Shown here one piece after another: positions 58,971 to 64,000 of a stretch of DNA of 64,000 bases (within the stretch, counting starts at the first letter, position 1; each line of letters starts with the position of its first letter). The DNA is from Betaproteobacteria bacterium. Its GTDB lineage: Bacteria; Pseudomonadota; Gammaproteobacteria; Burkholderiales; Usitatibacteraceae. The notes under the pieces were generated by a model. That model was not told the DNA's origin. It saw nothing but the letters and a program-made list of their open reading frames with translations, and made no database searches. A program made the position numbers and the translations under genes. The DNA lies in contig JADJSD010000006.1 in assembly GCA_016711875.1 (NCBI GenBank), positions 99,470 through 163,469 on the forward strand, written 5' to 3'.

Positions 58971-59576
58971 TCAGGGTTTCCCGCCTGCCGCCTTGGCGTC
59001 CACCGTGTCCTGGTAGGCCTTCATGCGCTTGAGGAATTCCGTCCAGTCGACCGGCCCCTCGGCAAAGCGCTTCTGGAGATTGGCGAGCACGTTGTTCCAG
59101 GCGCCGTCGAAGTACTTGAACGACTGGTCCCACTGGCCGCCCTCGCCCCAGCCGCCGTGGACCAGGCGCACCTCGGTCTCGTTGGCCGAAAGGGACTTCA
59201 GGCGGACCTGGATGCTGGTGCGATGGGGGCGGACCTCGGCCAGGTGCGGCGGCGAATTCCAGGTGAAGGAGATCATCGTGGGTTCCTGCACGGCGAGCAC
59301 GACCATGTCGTCGGCGCCCTTGAGGCCCGGCTTCGCGTACGGGTTGAAGTAGACCTCGAAGGGGCCGCCCGGCCGGGCCTCGATCCGGGCGTCGGGCGCG
59401 AAGAACGACTTGATGCCGTCCGTCGTGGTCCACGCCTTCCAGGCCGCGTCGATCGGCGCCTTGACGACGACGCGCTTCACGAGGGTGCGGTCGGGGTCGG
59501 CGCCCTGCGCCGCGACGCAAGTGGGCAGGGTGGCCAGCAGGAGGGCGGAAAGCAGGGTGGCGAGGGCATGTCTCAT
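58971..59576 (-). CDS. Secreted SRPBCC/AHSA1-like protein
   Basis: 201 aa from ATG (comp.) 59574-59576 with signal peptide MRHALATLLSALLLATLPTCVAAQG. Contains PIDAAWKAWTTTDGIKSFF... Confidence 0.8.
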   Translation of the reverse strand: MRHALATLLSALLLATLPTCVAAQGADPDRTLVKRVVVKAPIDAAWKAWTTTDGIKSFFAPDARIEARPGGPFEVYFNPYAKPGLKGADDMVVLAVQEPTMISFTWNSPPHLAEVRPHRTSIQVRLKSLSANETEVRLVHGGWGEGGQWDQSFKYFDGAWNNVLANLQKRFAEGPVDWTEFLKRMKAYQDTVDAKAAGGKP

Positions 59577-59584
59577 GGTTTCTC

Positions 59585-60148
59585 CTAGGCCTGGTCGTAG
59601 GCGGCGCGCAGCCACCCGATGAGTTCGCCGTCGATCTCGGCGGCCTTCGTGATGCGCACGCGGTGGCTCACCATGGCGTTGAAGCTGCCGGAGGCTTCCA
59701 GGCGCCCCTTCGCGGCGACACCCTTCAGGTTGATGCCGATGTCCAGGCGGTCCGCGGTGGAGGGCTGCACGAGGCCGAACTGCTTCTTGCGGCGAAGGCT
59801 CACGTACGCCTTCTTGGGCGAGAACTCGACGTCCGCGCCGAACTTCGCGATCTCCTTCGCGAGCTTGTCCCAGGCGGGCTTGAGCGCTGCCTTCGCGCCC
59901 GCGTACTGGGCCGCCACGAGATCCTCGCCGGCCGGCTCCGGGGCTTCGCCCGCGAGCGTGCGCTGGGCGGCGAGGTTCGCGTAGCCGTGCCCCAGGCCGT
60001 GCTTTTCCTTGAGCCACTTCACGATCTCGCCGTGCTTCGCGAGCTTCTCCTTGCGCGCGAGGGCGACCCACGCCTCGAGGGGCTTGCCGGTGTTCTTCTC
60101 GTAGTTCGCGATCATCGTGGCGATCGCGGCATCGACGGTGTTCGCCAT
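59585..60148 (-). CDS. DUF4287/DUF5655-type protein
   Basis: 187 aa. N-terminal MANTVDAAIATMIANYEKNTGKPLEAWVALAR...HGEIVKWLKEKHGLGHGYAN, and a C-terminal domain with FSPKKAYVSLRRKKQFGLV. Domain names are from memory. Confidence 0.7.
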   Translation of the reverse strand: MANTVDAAIATMIANYEKNTGKPLEAWVALARKEKLAKHGEIVKWLKEKHGLGHGYANLAAQRTLAGEAPEPAGEDLVAAQYAGAKAALKPAWDKLAKEIAKFGADVEFSPKKAYVSLRRKKQFGLVQPSTADRLDIGINLKGVAAKGRLEASGSFNAMVSHRVRITKAAEIDGELIGWLRAAYDQA

Positions 60149-60157
60149 GGAATTCTC

Positions 60158-60685
60158 CTAGTCGAGTGGCCAGTTTTCAGATTTCGATTTCGCGGGCAGC
60201 ACGAACTCGAGCGCCCCGAACATCGCGTACATGAGGCGCGTTCCGAACGGGGGCCTGCCCGTTTCCACGATCGCCTTCAGGTTCTTCAGGATGAAGTCGC
60301 CGCCCTTCATCATCTCGTTCTCGGTCTTCGTGCCCGCCGGGATGTTGTCGACGGTGAGCGTCACCTCGACGCCGCCCTCGACCTTCTTCAGGTCGTAGAC
60401 GACGGTGCAGAAGGGATCGCCGTGCGCGGTGAACTGGTGCGTGTGGACGAAGCGCCGGGGCGGGTCGACTTCCATCACCTCACCGCGCACGACGGCGTAC
60501 TTGCCGCTCACCGTGCGCATCTGCATCTTGCGGCCGCGCACGAGGCCCGTGCCGGCGCCGCCGAGGGTGAGCATGGAGTTGAACACGGCGCCCTGGGGCT
60601 CGCCGGTCTTGGTGAGCTCGCGGTACACCGCTTCCATCGAGCCGTTGATGACGATGCGGAATACCGCCTTCTTCCCCTCAGCCAC
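60158..60685 (-). CDS. SRPBCC-family protein
   Basis: 175 aa. FRIVINGSMEAVYRELTKTGEPQGAVF... has a START/Bet v1-like pattern. It overlaps the upstream regulator gene by 8 nt. Confidence 0.8.
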   Translation of the reverse strand: MAEGKKAVFRIVINGSMEAVYRELTKTGEPQGAVFNSMLTLGGAGTGLVRGRKMQMRTVSGKYAVVRGEVMEVDPPRRFVHTHQFTAHGDPFCTVVYDLKKVEGGVEVTLTVDNIPAGTKTENEMMKGGDFILKNLKAIVETGRPPFGTRLMYAMFGALEFVLPAKSKSENWPLD

Positions 60686-61055
60686 GCTTGCCTCCCTTCC
60701 TCGCCGTGATGGGCACCGGGGCGTTCTCGAGCGTGTATTTCATCCGCGCGAGACGCCCCGCCCAGTAGTCGCTGAACTCGGTGGTCCAGCGGTCGTAGAT
60801 CATGTGGATCGGCACCGGGTTGAACCACAGGAGCCGCTCCCGCCCGGCCTTCTCGGAGACGACGAGGTTGGCGCCCTCGAGCGCCGCCAGGTGCTTCATC
60901 ACCGCCACGCGCCCCATGTCGTCGAAGAACGCGCACACGCGGTTCACGTTGGCGCCGGGCTCGCGCTTGAGCACGTCGAGGATGCGCCGGCGCGGCTCGC
61001 TCGCGAGGGCGGCGAACACGGCATCCATCTCGTCGGGCTGGAGGGGCGGGACCAT
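60678..61055 (-). CDS. ArsR-family winged-helix transcriptional regulator
   Basis: 125 aa. VFAALASEPRRRILDVLKREPGANVNRVCAFFDDMGRVAVMKHLAALEGANLVVSEK. Confidence 0.85.
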   Translation of the reverse strand: MVPPLQPDEMDAVFAALASEPRRRILDVLKREPGANVNRVCAFFDDMGRVAVMKHLAALEGANLVVSEKAGRERLLWFNPVPIHMIYDRWTTEFSDYWAGRLARMKYTLENAPVPITARKGGKRG

Positions 61056-61116
61056 ATGTAACCAGAAGGTGACATGACGGCCGGGCCGAAGTCAAGGGCC
61101 CGGCGGTAACCCGGCG

Positions 61117-61785
61117 TTACGGTTTCTTGCGGCGGGGTGCGGGGGGCCGGCGAGCGGCCTTGGGGGCGGGGAGGGTGGCGAGGCCCCGGAAGTAGGTATC
61201 GACGAGGCTGGCGGCGTGGCGCTCGAGCGAGAAGCTCTTCGGGTCGAGCACCCAGTTGGCGATGAGCCCGGAGACGAGGGAAAGCGCGCCCAGGGCGGCT
61301 TCCTTCGCATTGAGGCCCGGGGGGAGGGCGCCGGCCGCCGCGCAGGCCTTGAAGCCCTTCTCGATCTGGCGAAGGCAATCCTGCTGGCTCGCGATGTGGC
61401 GCTCGCGGACATTGGCCGCGTCGCCCACGTATTCGCACTTGTGGTACGCGATGTCGAAGACGCGCTGCAGGTGCTTGTCGCGGGCGGTGCGCAGCAGCAC
61501 GTCCGTGGTGCAGAGCTTCAGGAGGGCGAGCGGATCGGCCGCCACGCCGTCGCCCGCGGCCGCGAGGATGTCCTCGAGCGGCAGGGTGACGCGGTCCATC
61601 ATGGCCTCGAAGAGATCGGCCTTGTCCTTGAAGTGCCAGTAGATGGCGCCGCGCGTGACGCCCGCCACCTGCGCGATCTCCGCGAGCGACGAGTGGGCCA
61701 CGCCCTTTTCGTGAAAGACGGTCTCGGCCGCATCGAGGATGCTGCCGCGTGTCTCCTGCGCTGCTTCCTTCGTCCGGCGCGCCAT
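61117..61785 (-). CDS. TetR/AcrR-family transcriptional repressor
   Basis: 222 aa from ATG (comp.) 61783-61785. TRGSILDAAETVFHEKGVAHSSLAEIAQVAGVTRGAIYWHFKDKADLF. It is divergent from an RND pump operon. Confidence 0.9.
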   Translation of the reverse strand: MARRTKEAAQETRGSILDAAETVFHEKGVAHSSLAEIAQVAGVTRGAIYWHFKDKADLFEAMMDRVTLPLEDILAAAGDGVAADPLALLKLCTTDVLLRTARDKHLQRVFDIAYHKCEYVGDAANVRERHIASQQDCLRQIEKGFKACAAAGALPPGLNAKEAALGALSLVSGLIANWVLDPKSFSLERHAASLVDTYFRGLATLPAPKAARRPPAPRRKKP

Positions 61786-61834
61786 CCGGTTTCTCCTGGT
61801 GACGGAAACTGTAACGAGCGCCGTGTCTTTTCTG

Positions 61835-61886
61835 TTGACATACATGCACGGCTGTATGTATCGTAGCATACATCCACCGTTGTATG
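61835..61886. promoter_or_regulatory. Pump promoter (-35 TTGACA) overlapped by two CATACA-N8-TGTATG operators
   Basis: TTGACA at 61835-61840. IR1 is ACATACA-tgcacggc-TGTATGT (61838-61859). IR2 is CATACA-tccaccgt-TGTATG (61867-61886). Both lie in the tetR/pump intergenic region. Confidence 0.5.
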
Positions 61887-61952
61887 TAAGTGCTGCGTGA
61901 CACCCGCCCCGCCGACACCCGTCCGGCCGGAGCCTTCCCACGAGGAACCCCC

Positions 61953-63177
61953 ATGCTTGTGCCCGCCCGCCGCATCGCCGTCCCCTTTTCTTGCCCTCAG
62001 CGCCGCCGCGCTCGTCGCCGCCTGCGGCCCCCAGGGCGGCCCGCCTCCCGGTGGCTTCCCCCCCGCCGTCGTCGCGGTGCAGGAGGTGAAGCCCGCCGCC
62101 CGTCCCATCGAATTCGAGTTCCCCGCCCAGACGGCCGGTTCGCGGGAAGTCGAGGTGCGCGCGCGCGTGACCGGCATCCTGCACAAGCGCAACTACGAGG
62201 AGGGCGCCCGCGTCGCGGCCGGCCAGTCCCTCTTCACGATCGACCCGGTGCCCTTCGAGGCCGCGCTCGCCCGGTCGGAAGCCGATGCCGTCGCCGCCGA
62301 GGCGCAATTCAACCAGGCCTCGCGCAACGCGAAGCGCTACAAGCCGCTGTGGGAGACGAAGGCCGTCTCGCAGAAGGAATACGACGATGCCGTCTCCGCC
62401 GAGGAGATCGCCGCGGCGCAGCTCAAGGCCGCGAAGGCCCGCCTCACGGAAGCGAAGCTGAACGTGACCTACACGCGCGTCGAGTCGCCCATCCCGGGCG
62501 TCACCAGCCGCGCGCTCAAGAGCGAGGGCAGCCTCGTCTCCGGGCCGGACGTGCTCCTCACGACCGTCACGCAGACGGACCCGATGTACGTGAATTTCGG
62601 CCTTTCCGAATCCGAGCAGACGCGCCTCGCACGCGACGCCGCGGCCGGCAAGCTCCAGCTCCCGAAGGACGGCAAGTTCGAGGTGGTCCTGCGCTTCGAG
62701 GACGGCACCACCTACGCGAAGCCCGGGCGCCTCGCCTTTTCGGACGTGCGCGTCTCCGGCAGCACCGGCACCTCCGACGCGCGCGCCGAAATGCCCAATG
62801 CCGACGGGCGCCTTCGCCCCGGCCAGTTCGTTCGCGCCATCCTCAAGGGCGCCGTGCGTCCCGATGCCATCGCGGTCCCCCAGCGCGCCGTGATGGAAGG
62901 TCCGCAGGGCAAGATGGTCTATGTGCTCGGCGCCGAGTCGAAGGCCGAGCCGCGCCCCGTCACGGTCGGCGAGTGGAGCGGCACGGACTGGATCATCCTC
63001 GAAGGCCTCAAGCCCGGCGACAAGGTCATCGTCGACGGGCTCATGAAGGTGTTCCCCGGCGGTGCCGTGCAGGTGGGCGATCCGAACCAGCCCCCGCCCG
63101 GCGCTCCCGGAGCCCCGAAGAAGGCCGACGCGAAGCCCGAAGCCAAGGGCGACGCGAAGCCCCAAGAGAAGAAGTAA
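61953..63177 (+). CDS. RND efflux membrane-fusion lipoprotein (AcrA/MexA-like), with a 1-nt indel in the T4 run 61986-61989 as assembled
   Basis: GAGGAA (61942-61947) plus ATG 61953 gives MLVPARRIAVPF, then removing one T joins to LALSAAALVAACG (lipobox). The remainder is ORF 61897..63177 (VAVQEVKPAARPIEFEFPAQTAGSREVEVRARVTGIL...SLFTIDPVPFEAAL...). Confidence 0.85.
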
Positions 63178-63192
63178 GGGAGCACCCCCGCC

Positions 63193-64000
63193 ATGTTCTC
63201 CCGCTTCTTCATCGACCGCCCGATCTTCGCGGCGGTCCTGTCGATCTTCATCGTGATCGCGGGCCTCGCCGGCATGCGATCGCTGCCCATCGCCCAGTAC
63301 CCGGAGATCGCCCCGCCCGTGGTGCTCGTGCGCGCCGTCTACCCCGGCGCCTCGGCCGAGACGCTCGAGCAGACGGTCGCCGCGCCCCTCGAGAACGCCA
63401 TCAACGGCATCGAGGACATGCTCTACATGAACTCCACCTCGTCCTCCTCGGGCGTGGTGGAGATCTACGTCACCTTCAACATCGGCGCGGACGTCGACAA
63501 GGCCGCGCTCAACGTGAACAACCGCGTGAAGCAGGCCGAGCCGCGCCTGCCGGAAGAGGTGCGCCGGCAGGGCGTCTTCGTCGAGAAGGGCTCCTCGGCC
63601 TTCCTGCAGGTGCTCGCGTTCTACTCCCCGGACGGCCGCTACGACGACTTCTTCACCTCGAACTACGTGACGCTCAACGTGCTCGATGCACTGAAGCGCG
63701 TGCCGGGCACCACCAACGTGCAGATCTTCGGCGCGAAGGACTACGCGATGCGCATCTGGGTGCGCCCGGACCGGCTCGCGCAGCTGAAGCTCGCGCCTTC
63801 GGACATCATCCGCGCCCTGGGCGAGCAGAACGCGCAGTTCGCCGCGGGCAAGGTGGGCGAGCCGCCCACCGGCGGCGGGCAGGAGGTGGTCTACAACGTC
63901 ACCACCAAGGGCCGCCTCACGGACCCGAAGGAATTCGAGAACGTCATCCTGCGCGCCAACCCGGACGGCTCGCGCCTTCGCCTGAAGGACGTCGCCCGCG
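63193..64000 (+). CDS. RND (HAE1, AcrB/MexB-like) efflux permease, N-terminal part (runs off the window)
   Basis: ATG 63193. MFSRFFIDRPIFAAVLSIFIVIAGLAGMRSLPIAQYPEIAPPVVLVRAVYPGASAETLEQTVAAPLENAINGIEDMLYMNS... is open to base 64000. Confidence 0.9.
   Translation, partial: MFSRFFIDRPIFAAVLSIFIVIAGLAGMRSLPIAQYPEIAPPVVLVRAVYPGASAETLEQTVAAPLENAINGIEDMLYMNSTSSSSGVVEIYVTFNIGADVDKAALNVNNRVKQAEPRLPEEVRRQGVFVEKGSSAFLQVLAFYSPDGRYDDFFTSNYVTLNVLDALKRVPGTTNVQIFGAKDYAMRIWVRPDRLAQLKLAPSDIIRALGEQNAQFAAGKVGEPPTGGGQEVVYNVTTKGRLTDPKEFENVILRANPDGSRLRLKDVAR

Overview
Very GC-rich chromosomal segment (third codon positions almost all G/C) from a Gram-negative proteobacterium. The gene content has a beta/gamma-proteobacterial flavour: TonB-dependent receptor, OMPLA-type phospholipase, RND efflux pumps, ParE/ParC and a BCAM0308-like protein. 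I cannot assign it further from sequence alone. I recognise about 60 protein-coding genes. I saw no rRNA, tRNA, CRISPR array, transposase or integrase. Because of the GC content the ORF track is full of long antisense or alternative-frame ORFs. I chose frames by protein-family signatures, signal peptides, start context and operon geometry.

Layout:
- 0-17.4 kb: small regulatory, sensory and envelope genes. These include an ArsR+SRPBCC pair; a minus-strand run of retropepsin-like lipoprotein, Cys-His protein, folE and BLUF; a secreted 2H-like protein plus a COG1237 MBL hydrolase; DUF349 plus a PaaK-like ligase; mscL; a broken MFS gene; a SOUL protein; a SET-domain protein; a TonB-dependent receptor; and a GDSL lipoprotein.
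- 17.5-26.1 kb: two tandem paralogous giant secreted surface proteins (Ig-like, InlB-B-type and FG-GAP/VCBS modules).
- 26.3-36.4 kb: a block in which every gene is shredded by +/-1 indels (yaeQ, M20 peptidase, pldA, an RND adaptor+permease pair, ppk2, unknowns).
- 36.4-39.1 kb: asnS, a DMT transporter and yjdM/phnA, each with isolated frameshifts.
- 39.2-46.3 kb: GST, an HtrA-like protease, a 61-bp perfect palindrome, parE, parC and an intact PPK2.
- 46.3-57.3 kb: a D-amino-acid-derivative cluster (D-aminoacylase, 5-gene peptide-type ABC importer, diaminopropionate ammonia-lyase, M20 amidohydrolase, D-carbamoylase, cupin).
- 57.5-64 kb: PilZ, VOC, cspA, a second ArsR+SRPBCC operon, a TetR regulator with dual operators, and an intact AcrAB-type RND pump that runs off the window.

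Main points for follow-up:
- The indel-only damage block, which is most likely a technical artefact but would be remarkable if real.
- The giant paralog pair, one member of which contains a C13 homopolymer inside a cluster of frame breaks.
- The four-copy GGGGACAGGTG palindrome.
- Several unusual small genes and linkages (folE-BLUF, secreted 2H+MBL pair, SET domain, bilobal retropepsin).

I did not find a convincing complete novel multi-gene system such as a defence island.
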